From the NCBI GenBank assembly GCA_964106645.2, contig OZ067044.1: a stretch of DNA of 64,000 bases, one strand, 5' to 3'. Origin of the DNA: Podarcis pityusensis (taxonomy: Eukaryota). The notes under the pieces are model-generated. The model saw only the letters and a list, made by a program, of their open reading frames with translations. It did not search any database and was not told the origin of the DNA. Of this stretch, positions 41,700 through 54,415 are shown in pieces (position 1 is the stretch's first letter; every line of letters starts with the position of its first letter). Both the position numbers and the translations under genes were made by a program.

Positions 41700-41807
41700 G
41701 AGTGTGAAACAAAGATTGCACGAGAGATTGCCAGCCTTTCAAAGGAGGATGTTTCCAAAGAGGAAATGAATGAGAATGAAGAAGTTATTAATATTCTGCT
41801 CGCTCAG
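41700..41807 (+). CDS. RALBP1: RALBP1 coding exon (108 bp): ECETKIAREIASLSKEDVSKEEMNENEEVINILLAQ
   Basis: atgtag acceptor, GTAATT donor; in frame. Confidence 0.96.
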
Positions 41808-42002
41808 GTAATTTCTGATGTTGAATGCACTATTTTTTATTTTTCTTCCTCTTCCTCTTCTTCTTCTTCCCCTTTTCACTATTCATTAAGGTAACATTAA
41901 ACTGTTGCCAAACACACTTGGAGAGAAACGGACATTCATATTTGAAAGAATTCTTTGATACTTTAAGAATTCTTTGTTACTTTAATGAAACTATAATTTA
42001 TA

Positions 42003-42254
42003 CAGTGAGGGGGGAAAGTATTTGATCCCCTGCTAAATTTGCCCATTTGCCAAAGAATCAAATGCTTATTTCACTCTTTATAATGCATATCAATCTCTGA
42101 CTTTTGTCTTCTGGGTTTCTGGGGGTTTTCCTGTTGTTATTCTGTCTCTCACAGCTACAATCAACCTACCATTAAAATTGTGGACTGGTCATTTCTTTGT
42201 CAGAGGGCAAACGGGCAAATTTAGCAGGGGATCAAATACTTTCCCCCCTCACTG
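42003..42254. mobile_element. Tc1-like (IR/DR-type) deletion derivative
   Basis: 49-bp TIR CAGTGAGGGGGGAAAGTATTTGATCCCCTGCTAAATTTGCCC(A/G)TTTGCC with one mismatch, TA duplication; inner direct-repeat-like ATCAAATGCTTATTTCACTC at ~42057. Confidence 0.9.
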
Positions 42255-43300
42255 TAGGTGCATTCTAATTAATCTTATTGAGCATCTGAAAGGTGGGGCA
42301 AGGATGGCTAGAAAGATGTCATGCTTAGTTCCAGATGGTCATTTTGTTTCTGGTGACCTTGGTGAGCACTTGATGAGGCTGGTAGAACTGCTTGTTCATC
42401 CCAAAACGGACCTTTCTTAGCTCAGACCCCTGGCATCCTCACTATTTGGGAGTGGAGGGGGAAGACAGTGATTTCAACCACTGGCTTCTGAGTTAACAAA
42501 GTTGTTACAGAAATGTTGTTAATTCAAGATAACAGGATGCCTTTTCAATAGTTGCTGTATGGGTTAATTTAATGAAGTGCTGCCTTCCAGCAGTCCCTGC
42601 AATTTCTGGCACTACACTGGTCATCCCTACTGATGCTGCTTGTTCCTCAGCTACCTGCAGGAATCCCAGCCCATTCTTTACCATCCTTGGTTCTTTTTTA
42701 ATTTCTGGCCATGCACCCCAAAACAGTCCCTTAGGTGCCCAAGTAACACCCACCTCCCCATTTATTCTTCCTATGTCCCAATCTTCTCTTCATAAAAAGA
42801 GAAAATTGTGGTCCAGGGCAAGGTTATCAAAATACCGTAACTATGGTAAGTCAAGCTTAAATCATGCAGTACAGCCCAAACTCCACCAGGCCATCCTGCA
42901 TTTGCTTATTCAGGATTTCTGTGGAATGTAGTGCTTCAGTTTTCCACTGGAGCTGAGAGCATTCAAGTGGTTAGGAATCAGGAGAGGAAGTAGAGCTCCC
43001 TAAATGGTGGTTTTGTACACTAAAGAACAAACAGTACATTGAACTTCCTCCCATAAAGTTGTGCAGTTGGTGAGATAAATGCCTTGGTCTGGAAAATTTT
43101 ATGGGGAGATGTCTTGGCACGGCGAGTTTTATGCTTTCTTTCCCAGTCAGCATCCTAACCATCTCTTCCCTTCTCCACCCCCTGCCCAGCAGCTTTAGAA
43201 GCTATAGTTCATGTGTTTAGTTGAGAAAGGAAGGGTAGCAATTGCAGTGTAATATCCCTGATCCATAAACCAAAGGCTTAAGTAATCTAATCTTTTGCAG

Positions 43301-43422
43301 GAGAACGAGATTTTGACAGAACAAGAAGAGCTGCTGGCAATGGAGCAGTTTCTGCGCAGACAAATTGCCACAGAAAAAGAGGAAATAGATCGCCTCCAAG
43401 CAGAAATAGCAGAAATTCAAAG
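43301..43422 (+). CDS. RALBP1: RALBP1 coding exon (122 bp): ENEILTEQEELLAMEQFLRRQIATEKEEIDRLQAEIAEIQ
   Basis: ttttgcag acceptor, GTAACA donor; phase 2 matches next exon. Confidence 0.96.
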
Positions 43423-43859
43423 GTAACAACCTCTCTGGAATCAAGCTTTCTGAATTCTAAAATAATATTTTTAAAGCAATAAGCTCGTACTGGACTGTGA
43501 TGGAAGGATAATTACATTGCACCCTTTGGCTTTTTTTGACTACATCATCCTAACACTACACTTTGGCTTGAATCTTAGTAAAATCCAGTAAACTTAATAG
43601 GTTGTTGAATTTTACCCTATTAACAGAAGTGGTTCTATGTTTTGGTGGTTCTGTAAGTAGCTTCTTGAAAAGTGTTCTAAGTGTAATATTTGAACGTTTA
43701 TGTTTAGTGACACTTCTCCATATACAGTATACCATACAGTAAACATCTATTTGTGCTCCAGATCATGTCCATTATGTGGCAGTTGATTAATGCTGTATAG
43801 CAATCTAGGCAAATAGTGAAGTAAGCTTTAAAAAAATCAAACGTGCTCATCTGTTTTAG

Positions 43860-43980
43860 TCGGCAGCATGGTCGAAGCGAAACTGAAGAATATTCTTCTG
43901 AAAGTGAGAGCGAGAGCGAAGATGAGGAAGAGCTACAAATAATCTTGGAAGACTTGCAGAGACAGAATGAAGAACTGGAG
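43860..43980 (+). CDS. RALBP1: RALBP1 coding exon (121 bp): RQHGRSETEEYSSESESESEDEEELQIILEDLQRQNEELE
   Basis: ttttag acceptor, GTGAGA donor; in frame. Confidence 0.96.
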
Positions 43981-45245
43981 GTGAGACTGCACTACTGCAA
44001 AATATTTATTCATTGAACTTTTTGTAGAGCTGAGAGGTTTAATCAGGAGAAGGATCAGAATATTTATGGCAGGTCTGTGTATGTCATCTGAAAACACAGC
44101 CTCTGATACGCCTCATTCTGTCACCTAATGAATAACAACCTGTTTTTGGCAGGCATGAGGTTGTTTTCATTGAAAATGTCTTGAATATATGTAGTTCTGC
44201 TACAGTGCTGGCAATTTTCAGGGGGGTGGGCAGATATAGTGGTTAACTCCTTTTTACTAGTTTCCATTGCTTTAGCTTGGGAAATAGAAAAACAATATTG
44301 GAGCTACATATACAGTATGCTCTTAGGACTAGTGATACATTTCAACTGAATTGCTGCCTTACTGGTTTGACAAGTATAGAATAGACATTTTCAAATACTG
44401 GGTGTGTCTTCAGATCTAAAAACATTCTTAATTGCTTTATTATATTTTACAATAACTTGACTATCTTATGTAACTTAATAAATATTAAAATTATAATTAA
44501 AAATGTGGAAGAGTGGACACTTAAAAGATTAAATTATATTGTACTATTGCCACATTTATATTGCAAATTATGACTCTTGCCCTTCCTAGTGTTGCTTTTG
44601 TAATCTTCAATACACCTTCCCTGCTGGTCTTCCCAGCACTGGCAAGGAAATTGCACAAGTTACATAATCTCCATTACTAATGGAAACGATTGTATTATAT
44701 GTAATTATTTTAGTTACTTTATATAGTAACAATAATACATAGATATGTGAAATCACAAAAACTACATAAAAACACGTGAGAGAGACTGTTGCCAAAGAAT
44801 CACTGAATGAACTGGAAATACAAAATTCTTCTCTGAAGCTAAATCTTAGATGGGAATTTTTTCGAGTTGTTGATGAGGTCTCTGGATTATATCTTGCTTT
44901 GTTACTACCTCAAAACCAATGCAGAAATTAGGAATTTTTCAAGCTTGGGAGCTGCAAATAATCCTCTGGCTTCCTATGCATTTCTTCCAAAGCATGCTTC
45001 CTTGTGGAAAATTTGAATGCTAACAAATTAATTAAACAATTAACTTAGTTGAACAATACAAAATTACAAATATGAATCAACTACCTGATGTAAAGCATCC
45101 AAAATAACTTAACCTGCAGAATTTCCTAAATAGGGTTTTTGCTCCCTACATGTTACAATATAAAAGGTCTTAATGTTATTAACTACTGACGTTTTAAAAT
45201 AAAAACGATTTAGAGTACTCCGAGTGCTTCATACCTTGCTACATA

Positions 45246-45432
45246 CAGTCATACCTTGGTTTTCAAATGGCTTGGCTGCTAAACAAATCGGCTCCCAAAT
45301 TGTGAGTGTTCCGGTTTGTGAACGTTTTTCAGAAGCCAAACGTCTGACACAGCTTCCGCTTGGTTTTCGAACAGTTTCAGGAGTCGAATGGACTCCTGGA
45401 ACGGATTAAGTTTGAGAACCAAGGTTCCACCG
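45246..45432. mobile_element. Older Tigger-like MITE
   Basis: TA|CAGTCATACCTTGGTTTTCAAA ... TTTGAGAACCAAGGTTCCACCG|TA imperfect TIRs. Confidence 0.7.
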
Positions 45433-46030
45433 TATTATCTCTGTAATCCATTCAGCAACCTCTAAGGTAGGTTGCTGTTGCCTCCATATTGCAGGTGGAA
45501 GAGTGAGGCTAAGAGACAGTGACTCAACTAAGTCAACCCTGCACTAACTATCCTGAGAGTAAGTCCCACTGAACCTGGGATTTCACTTCTAGTACAATCT
45601 GAACTAGGGATTTGCACCTCACATTCAAAGCCACCATGTTACCTTCATTTTTGTAATACTTGTGGGCACACAGAAGTTCAGAGTAAAGTGAAAATGCAAA
45701 CTGTATAAACAAATGTAATTTCCCAGTGAATGCTAGGGAGGAAAGACCCACAATTTTAAACTTGTGATTACTGCAAGAACCTTCTCTAGTGGAGAGGGAG
45801 TTAGCAGCATCTTGTGTCGATGTTTAATCTCCTGTGGTTATAAATACCCAGTTCCTCCTGGGCTGGATTTTCCACGCGCCTCATTTCTAACCCTTCTCCC
45901 ATGAACATACTTGTGCCCCTTCCAAGGAAAAGTTACATTGTGTGATGCTCTATTAACGATTCATTAGCCGCATAAGTAGCTGTTTGTAGCTGAAGTGACC
46001 CCCCCCCCCTCCCTCTTGTGCTGGATAAAG

Positions 46031-46321
46031 ATTAAGAACAACCATCTGAACCAAGCGATTCATGAAGAGCGAGAGGCCATCATTGAATTGCGAGTGCAGC
46101 TCCGGCTCTTGCAGATGCAGCGAGCAAAATCGGAGCAGCAGGTGCAGGAAGAAGAAGAGCTTGAGAAACGGGCAGGCGCATCCCAGCAGCAGCAGCAGCA
46201 GCAGCCCCAGCAGCCAAGAGAGACTGTCCCGGAGACAAAAGCAGCGAAAGAGCAGCCAAAGGCAATCAAGGAGCCAGTGAAGCCATCGCCAAGCAAGGAG
46301 CGAAAGGAAACACCAATTTAA
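46031..46321 (+). CDS. RALBP1: RALBP1 last coding exon: IKNNHLNQAIHEEREAIIELRVQLRLLQ...KPSPSKERKETPI*
   Basis: AAG acceptor after a C/T tract; TAA at 46319-46321; the nine exons sum to 1989 nt = 662 aa + stop. Confidence 0.95.
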   Translation: MKNNHLNQAIHEEREAIIELRVQLRLLQMQRAKSEQQVQEEEELEKRAGASQQQQQQQPQQPRETVPETKAAKEQPKAIKEPVKPSPSKERKETPI

Positions 46322-47028
46322 TTGGATTACTAAGGTATTCAGACCACCTGGGGCAAAGCCAGGACTGTGCAACTTACTGTAAATCTGAGGCATGTATATT
46401 CTGTAAATAGGTTGTCTTTTACACCCTGGAGACATTTTGTCTCCTCCCTACCTGTGGCTTCTGCCTATCAGGCTCAGGTTATTTGGAAGGACAAAGCAAT
46501 TTGAGATGGGAAAGAGGGTCAGCACAGCTGTTACTTTGCGACGTCAGATACTGGCATCAGGTGACAATAAATGACTCACTAGGAAGTTTTATTTTCAAAC
46601 AGTTGGGTCTGGAGAAGTCTTGGAAATTCTCTCATGTGTTTTCTTCCTAAGGGCTACTTCATGCGTATCATTTCACTACGCTTAGTGTAGGGGGAAAGCC
46701 TACATACCCAGCCTTGTAATTGGCCACTCTTCCTGGTAGCCATAGGCAGTAGAATTTCCCGCCAGTTGTATAGGCTGGTGGGAGAGGGATGCGATTGCTC
46801 TGTTCCTTTTTCACCATACCACTTGACAGAAGGCCTTTTTTTTAGTATTGACTCTAGAGAAGGGATCTTCCTTTCCTCTGCAGCCAACCTGGAAATGTAA
46901 GCAACTAGCTTCGTAGCCTGGATTTTTTAAAAAACTAGCCTGTTAATAAGTTGTATGGGCTTATTTAAAAGGCTGCATATGTTTATGTATGTGTCATGTG
47001 CAGATCATGCTTGTTTCTATTTTGCTGT

Positions 47029-47059
<31 letters not shown>

Positions 47060-48835
47060 GGGAAGCCACAGTTGGCAGCAACAAAATAGATAAATGCAAC
47101 TATCATCCATAATAGTGTTCACATTTTTTCCACTGTGCTGGTGAAAGATAATGTGTGAAGTGGCTCTTGGGTCAGAATCAGTTCCAACCCATAACCATAC
47201 ATTTACTTGCTTCGTGAATTTCTTTGCTCTCCATTGTAATTTCTATCTTTTTACTCACTCTTGCTTGTGCTTTTGGTACAGATTATGAGCAGTGGAGCTT
47301 TACAAAGTAGATTTGTCCTGAGTGGATGGAAGGTCTCCAAGGGCAAAACATTAGTGTTATTCAGCATGTTCTCATTCTCATTTGACATTTTTAAAGCTGT
47401 ATGGAACTATACGTAAAGCTGAGATGCAAAGATTGATGAGCACAGCCCCATAAATGAAAGTTACCCACAAAGATCTGTTAAACCTTGGCAATGCACTTAA
47501 GTATAGGACTAATTAACTAGGAAATGTATGTTCCTTACAGGTGAGAATACAAGCACCGTATAAGTAAATAGCCAGCACCTCATAATGCAGACTCTGTTCA
47601 TTTCTTTTTAAAGTTTATTCCTATGTTTGTGGATAATGCTTTGATAATTTAACAGGGACCCACACATTTTCACTTAATAACCAGCCCCCAATTTGTGGTT
47701 GCCAAGCTTGGAAAGGGGCTGGAGTTTATTTTTGATGTACTGTTCTTCTGAGATGCAGAGTATTTTCAAGTACAGTGCAACACAAAGAACTCTGACCTCC
47801 TCCTGGAGCTAGGAAGGTGGTGGGATATCACCGGTGCCATTGTACTGTGCCCCTGAGAAGCATGGGAATGTCTCCAGGATTGTCACAGAAGTTGCACTGT
47901 GCTTCTGGTGCATGTGGAATGCCTAGGAGACAGCATGACACAGAGAAGCAACTGCCCCCTTCTAAGGATTGAGGCTAGGAAGGGAATGGTTGATCATCCT
48001 TGAGTCATGCAGTGATTTTGGGGCACCCTAAGCTACTCTGAAGTATAGTGTGACTACTGAGACAAATCCTTAACTCCAAGCTCAGGAGGCGGACTGTGGC
48101 TCATCGTTCTTTCCAAAGGACAATGGGACACTAGCCATGGTGAGCATATTTGTGAACTTCTGAGTAATTAAAGCTGTTGGACAATGTGGTTTACTTAATC
48201 AGGTAATATACACCTCTCTTTGTACACAAGTTCAAGCTATTCAGATGTCCTCCAACAATTCCTGATGGAGAGCTGCTTCCTTTTGCTTGATCATTTTCTG
48301 TTGCCAGCAACAAATTGTTTTGGTAACGTTTGTATTGCAGCAGCACCCATTTTTAAAAGCGCAGTTTAATTGAATTGGTCATCTCAGTAATGTAGAACAG
48401 ATCCCACAGGGTGCTTTATAGCTTATTTACCGTAGTTTCTAGTCTGCATTATTTATTTTGTTTGGTGTGGTTTTCTTTGCCTATTGCACTGCTTATGAAT
48501 CATTGGCCATGATTTTATTTTGTACAAATAACGCCTTGATATATGTTACAGAGAACAGCTTATTTTTTTAAACCTTGAAGAAAAGAATTTATGGGGACTG
48601 GTCAGATGACAGTTGTGTGTGCATAAAGCATTTTCCTTTGCCTGTTACATACATTTTATATTTTCTGGCAGTATTTAAACTTTTTTTGTTGTTTAAATTC
48701 TCACTAATTTCTATTAAATTGTCAAACCTTTATATAATCAATGTTCATCAAGCAAATATCTTGCTGCTGGTTAACTTCTATTTTGTCAATACCATGTTAA
48801 TCAAGTAAATAAATTCTACAGCCATCTGCAAGTGG
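46322..48835 (+). other. RALBP1: RALBP1 3' UTR, candidate poly(A) signal AATAAA 48808-48813
   Basis: Repeat-poor sequence after the stop, AU-rich distal part ending in AATAAA; end is inferred. Confidence 0.55.
47030..47056. repeat. (CA)n microsatellite in RALBP1 3' UTR
   Basis: Direct reading. Confidence 0.9.
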
Positions 48836-50463
48836 TTTTATTTAACTACAGGAAACAACAAATAACTTGGACAGGTTCAATACCTACCAGCTCCAGAAAG
48901 AGCTGGGAATATCCCATCTGAAAGCCTGGAGTGGTTTTACCAAGTAGCGCAGACAGTACTGAGCTCAACAGTTCAGTGATGTGATTCCATGCAAGGCAGC
49001 TTCTAGGTTGATATCCACTGCAAGCTGTAACTATCTCAAGCACTTGTTGCTGTCCAAATATGACTTGTACAGGCACATGTAAGGCTTTTGGGGAAATGGG
49101 AAAGTGTTGTGTAATAGAGACTCTGCAACTGGGAACACCCACAGACAGCATTTGCAGTCTCTTGAGATGGGAGCAAATTCAATAAGGCTTGCTTTTGAAT
49201 AGATGTGCATACATTTGCACCGTTAATTTGCAGTCAGCATTGTTGCTGCTTCATGATAGCTAAAGTAAATATTAAGCAGCTGTCTGTGTGGTAACACAGT
49301 ACAAAAAAAAATCTGGCAAGTTTGACATGTTATGATCAAAACGAGTATGTTTTTCCACTAGACGGCAGGTGATGGGAAAGAACAAGCTGAAAGAAAAAGA
49401 TTAGTCAACCACATGAATATGAAGAACTGGTTGAATTAATCACTGTACATTTATTCTAACACTTTTATGAAAGCAAGTGCAGGTTTAAACATTTTTTTAA
49501 AAGGCTGCATGAACTCAGAAATGGGTATGCTTTTTTCCAGCTTGTGGTGCTTTCTAATAGACAATATGGGGTGCACCAAGTGGTCAGATGCTGCTATAGG
49601 CCCTTGGATGAGAAACCACTGAAACTGTAAAAAGCAGGGCATGAATACAACCATTAAAAAAAAACCCAAAATGTAGCTCAAGGAATAAAGGAGCCTATAG
49701 TTCTAAAAAAGGTAAAAAGAGCACTTCAGTACAGAAACATACCAGCATTAGACACACTGAAAAAACAGTACAAAAACAAGTCAAAGGAAGGTGGTGGGGC
49801 AGCATCATGGCTCACTGTGAACATTCTCCAGGAGACTGCATGAGATTTAGGACGCTGTCTGAACTGGAACACCCCATGCCACATGGTTACAACCCAGCCT
49901 TCCTACTCCATCAGAGCATTAGTGTGCCATACTACTTTCAGGCAGCCTAGTTTTCTAATACTGATTATCAGGCCAGGATCTGGCCATGAATACTTGGTCT
50001 CTACGGATTTACAAAGTATGTTTTAGTTCAAACAAGTTCAACACATTTCTTTGAAAGGGCAGCTTCTCAGAGCTTCCAAATAACTAACACCATGGTTTTA
50101 TCTGAACATCACAAGTTGAGGTAGTAGCGTATGCATATAAATTCATGTATACATAGACAGACACATATATATGTGAAAGAACCGATATCACTAAACATAG
50201 TATATCGTAGTAGGGAGCTGCTACTACTACTATATGAAAAGAAATAAGGCAGAACCAGCATTCGTTATGCATTTCTAACCCCATGATTTTAACAGCCACT
50301 TTGCCCATCGATAACTAGCCACCATGAACATGTGCAGCATTTGTCAGTCCCCTGTCCCCTCCATTATGACTCTTGAACCAAGCTTTCAGCCTGGGGACAT
50401 ACATACACAATACCAGTTACACACATTTCTTCAGAGTAGGACATCCACCTGTCCTTGGGTAAC

Positions 50464-50486
50464 CACACACACACACACACACACAC
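50464..50486. repeat. (CA)n microsatellite
   Basis: Direct reading. Confidence 0.9.
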
Positions 50487-50619
50487 TATCGCCATGAGAA
50501 GTTAAACACACAATTTTAGACCCACATACCACCATCAGAACAGGAAAAGGAGAGACTTGATAAAAGCATTCCCTATTTGCAAGCTTTTATACGGTATTAA
50601 GAGAAGGAGATTTCATTCA

Positions 50620-51552
50620 CTCTTATTAATAAATTTTCTTTTTATTTGGACAAGGAGAGAACATTTTATCACAACAGTTTGAAATAGCATGATTAAAGAC
50701 TGCAGCCCTCCCAAGAGTGGTCACAGATATGTACAGTATATGAAGAGCCGATCATGATCTAGTTAAAAATACCTGATGTGAAGTACATGTGCTAACAGGT
50801 TTCCTTCAGGTCATGACCAGCATGAAAAACACATTAGGACACAGGTACTCAGTGGAGTTTTCTGCTAATGAGTACAGCAATATGCTGTGTTTAAAGGTTT
50901 ACAATCAAATTCTTGTTAGTGTTAGCACTGAGCCCTTAAGGGGAGAAAACAAACACCAAATCTCTACTTTTCCCTCTTTTACACACATCAAAACTATTCA
51001 CACTTAAGGAGGTGCCCAGCTGCATACAAATTAAGTCTGTTCAAGGATAAAAACTTTTAATAGCTAATACTGGAGGTGTCTCTTGCTTCTTGGTACAAAT
51101 CTGCCTTTATAGGGTATGAGAATTTCAGCTATCAGTTCCTAAGAGAGGGAAAGCTTGTTACATTAACTCCTCAGGAGAAAACAAATGCCGGTCTCTGGAA
51201 ATCACATCCCTTCTACACTGAAAATGCTCAGCCAATTCAAGTTTCACATATTCAGGAAGACAGAAGATTTAAGGCTCTGGTGGCAAATACAATCCTCTGA
51301 GCAAAGTTGTTCTAAAGTCAAGATTCAACAAGTAATGTTTATTTTTATTTTTCCTTGACTCTTAAAATCCTTGGTCTCAGGTTTAGATAACATCCAACTG
51401 AAGTTAAAAGTCTGGCAAGAAATTCCTTCCTCCATGGGAAAAAAAGAGGTTTCAGTCATCCATTTTAGGAGCACTTGAGGATTGCCCTGCGATTTTGTAA
51501 TGTTTTTGGTTTGTTTTTTAATTAAAATTATAGCAACATTCAGGGGCTACTT
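50620..51552 (-). other. PPP4R1: PPP4R1 3' UTR, candidate poly(A) signal (minus AATAAA at 50641-50646); more distal hexamers at 49450-49455 and 48837-48842
   Basis: tttatt on plus strand downstream of the stop; which site is used is not determinable from DNA. Confidence 0.5.
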
Positions 51553-51716
51553 TTAGTAAGTTGAAGAGGCTGTGCTCATGGCATCATCTGCAATTTTGGT
51601 ACTGGCAGGGTGGATGCTTGCAAAGTATTTTACGTCATTATCATTATCCATTTGGAGGGCCACAATTGTCTGCTCCACTGCTTCTTGGTGAGCACTGACA
51701 CATGTTAAAAAATATT
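51553..51716 (-). CDS. PPP4R1: PPP4R1 last coding exon: YFLTCVSAHQEAVEQTIVALQMDNDNDVKYFASIHPASTKIADDAMSTASSTY*
   Basis: Recognisable PP4R1 C-terminus (DVKYFASIHPASTKI..DAMSTASSTY); minus acag acceptor; phase 1. Confidence 0.96.
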
Positions 51717-52069
51717 CTGTATGGAGAAAAAGCAAGAGAATCTTTTTTTATAAAGGAAAAGGTAGCATCACAAAAGATATGCTTCTTATAAAACCCCAAA
51801 TTAGGATGCAAAGTCACTGCTATTTTTTTTTTGCTGCCAGTACAGAACATTTATACAAAATGCATACAAAGACTAACATTTTAAATCAATCATATATATT
51901 ATAATTTGGCATAAACAAACAAACAAAGGACCATGCTTATCATGACTGGGTTGCAGAAAGTATACAGCACAAGCTCCCACATTCTTCTGGCTCAATTTTA
52001 AGGTGTTAGTTATAATCAACATTCACTGAGAAATCATCTGTGCTGCGTAAGGTTGAGCAGGGAAAAGTC

Positions 52070-52470
52070 ACTGATCCTTAAAGCACTGTACTGGATGCCT
52101 GTGACCTACTGGGTACAGCTTAGGACCCAAGTACTTAAAGGAATGCCTGTTCCTTACCTACTGACCTTTGTTTTGAGATCAGGAGGGGAGACCCTGCTCT
52201 TGATCCCACCAATGGGCATGGTCCTTGATAATGTGGCACAACACAGGGCAATGCCCCAATGGTGGAATTCTTTCCCTGGGGAATGGCAGTTGTCCCCTGT
52301 GCTGCTAACGGCATACTTCTTCACCCAAGCTTCAATACCCTGGACCTAGCAGTGTTACCAATGTGTTTGTTGTCTCGTGCTGTTGTTTTGGTTTTGTAGT
52401 TTTTATACGTTTTAACTATGGTGCATAAGTGGCTGCAAAGGTGTAGAATGCAAGCAGAATAAATAATACT
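52070..52470 (+). mobile_element. Degenerate L2-type LINE 3' fragment
   Basis: LKALYWMPV (L2 LHWLP-like) and PQWWNSFP (P.LWN.LP-like) remnants, ending in AATAAATAATA. Confidence 0.55.
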
Positions 52471-53112
52471 ACCAGCACCTCTTTACGTTTTTCAGCCATG
52501 TCTAAAGTGAAAACTCCTGCCAATTGGATATGATTCCTCTATGGGTAGCTGACCTGGCCTGCCCCAGCAACTTTTCTGGTCCTCTAGGATTGCATCAGTT
52601 TTGGTGTCAGTGGCAAAAAGGAAGGGGAGAATAGAGACTGTGCTGAAGTGAACAAAGCCCAGCACCCTGATAGGAATGCAAATCATGCAGAGAGGCGGCC
52701 GTAACCCCCATTCTCAGCTAATGTAGACCCTGAAGTACTGGCCAAGGCCGAATGCAACTCTTAGGCCAAAAAGGTTAGCCACTCCTGCTCTAGAAGATGC
52801 ACAGAATCTTAAAGAGTTTTTCCATGTGAGGAGGAACCTTTCTTGGAGGCTTCCTGTGTTAGAATTTCCATTTCTGCTTCCAGTCTGGTACCTAGGAAAT
52901 TCCCACAACCTCCTAGATGTTAACTTTTTTTCATCCCTTGTTACAAGTATTTCAAACATCAGGAACCAGTCCAGAACAAAAGATGTGCTTGAGGAAAAAA
53001 CAATGGCATGAGAGTACATTTACTAGCTAATACTACACTGTAAGGATGCACACAGGAAATGTGTGATTTCTACAGAGCAGGAAATGCAGCAAGAGTACTT
53101 GAGTCCACAAAC

Positions 53113-53254
53113 CTTTCTCTAGAAGCGTTTGCCTTAATGTTTTTGCAAGTAGGACTCGAACGTTTGGAACTCTATCTGAGGCCAAGAGCAGTAAATGGGG
53201 CAATAGATGCTCAGCAAACTGATCCATTGGTAGGCAGTCATCTTCTATGATAGT
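53113..53254 (-). CDS. PPP4R1: PPP4R1 coding exon (142 bp), HEAT repeat: TIIEDDCLPMDQFAEHLLPHLLLLASDRVPNVRVLLAKTLRQTLLEK
   Basis: Minus tttcag acceptor, GTTTGT donor; D-x-V-P-N-V-R HEAT motif. Confidence 0.96.
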
Positions 53255-53717
53255 CTGAAAAGAAGATAAAGTAACTGTTTTAGACTTCCCCGAAAAGCAG
53301 GAGCAAAGCCTCTAAAATAGCAATAAAATATATTCTATAGGGTCATTTTGAAGCTCTCTTCTTTTTGCTTTCTTGGATTTGGGGCTGCTCCCCAACCATC
53401 CCCCTTCTCCACTGATATACACTGCTAGCCATCCACATGGAAAGCTTCAAGGAGACATATTTTTGGATAACACACATTAAATTAGGACAAGAGAATGATA
53501 ACCATCATTAGGCTCAACCTCCAAAAGTTCTTTATCTTTTTGTAAGGAGCGGAGTTCACAAATACTATCCAGTTAGCTACTCTTACTAACTTCCTATTGT
53601 ACCCATGATCAAACTTTGGAATCCAGAAATAATTCAGTGTTGAAAATGGAAAAACTTGTAACTTTGTAGCAGTGGCTTACATGTCAAGAAAATAAGAAAA
53701 ATTCATGAATCTCTTAC

Positions 53718-53852
53718 CTGGCAAATAAAGGCGAACGTTTGCCTGCCAGACCACTTTTGGCACCTGCAGAACGTTTCAACCAGTTCATTCATGAGATCGA
53801 CCACAAATGTTGGCGGTGGAGCACTATACAGCTTCTTTACCATTTCACTAAC
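53718..53852 (-). CDS. PPP4R1: PPP4R1 coding exon (135 bp): VSEMVKKLYSAPPPTF...KWSGRQTFAFICQ
   Basis: Minus ttctag acceptor, GTAAGA donor; in frame. Confidence 0.95.
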
Positions 53853-53947
53853 CTAGAAAATACGCAAAGAACCCAATACATGGATTACCTGCTAAAATGG
53901 TTACTAAGTCAAATTCCATTTTTAACGTTTACATTTATAGTTCATAC

Positions 53948-54068
53948 CAGTTTGAAGGAAATCCAACGAACAGAGGAAACCTTGTCTGCACAAAGACTGA
54001 GAGCAATAGGTCGTAGGTAATCGTATATGTCTCTGGCACTATACAGATCTAGAAGCAAGATCAGCTGC
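53948..54068 (-). CDS. PPP4R1: PPP4R1 coding exon (121 bp): QLILLLDLYSARDIYDYLRPIALSLCADKVSSVRWISFKL
   Basis: Minus ttgtag acceptor, GTATGA donor; 95-bp intron to the next exon. Confidence 0.96.
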
Positions 54069-54155
54069 CTACAAAATTAAAATAAACAAAGGACTTAAAA
54101 TTGCTAACCAATCATGAAAATGAAGCTATGTGCTGCAAGCAAAGGTGAATATTCC

Positions 54156-54415
54156 AAGAAGAAGAAGAAGAAGAAGAAGAAGAAGAAGAAGACCCCGCTT
54201 TATCACTACCCTAAGGAGTCTGAAAGCGGCTAATCTCCCTTCCCCTCCTCCCCTACAACACCACACTTTGTGAGGGGAGTGAGGCTGAGACACTTCAGAG
54301 AGAAGTGTGACTAGCCCAAGGTCACCCAGCAGCTGCACGTGGAGGAGCGGGGAATCGAACCCAGTTCACCAGATTACGAGTCCACTGCTCTTAACCACTA
54401 CACCACACTGGCTCT
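54156..54415 (-). mobile_element. tRNA-derived squamate SINE (Squam3-like) with (TTC)n tail
   Basis: Reverse complement closely matches 1494-1743; (AAG)n run at 54156-54191. Confidence 0.87.
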
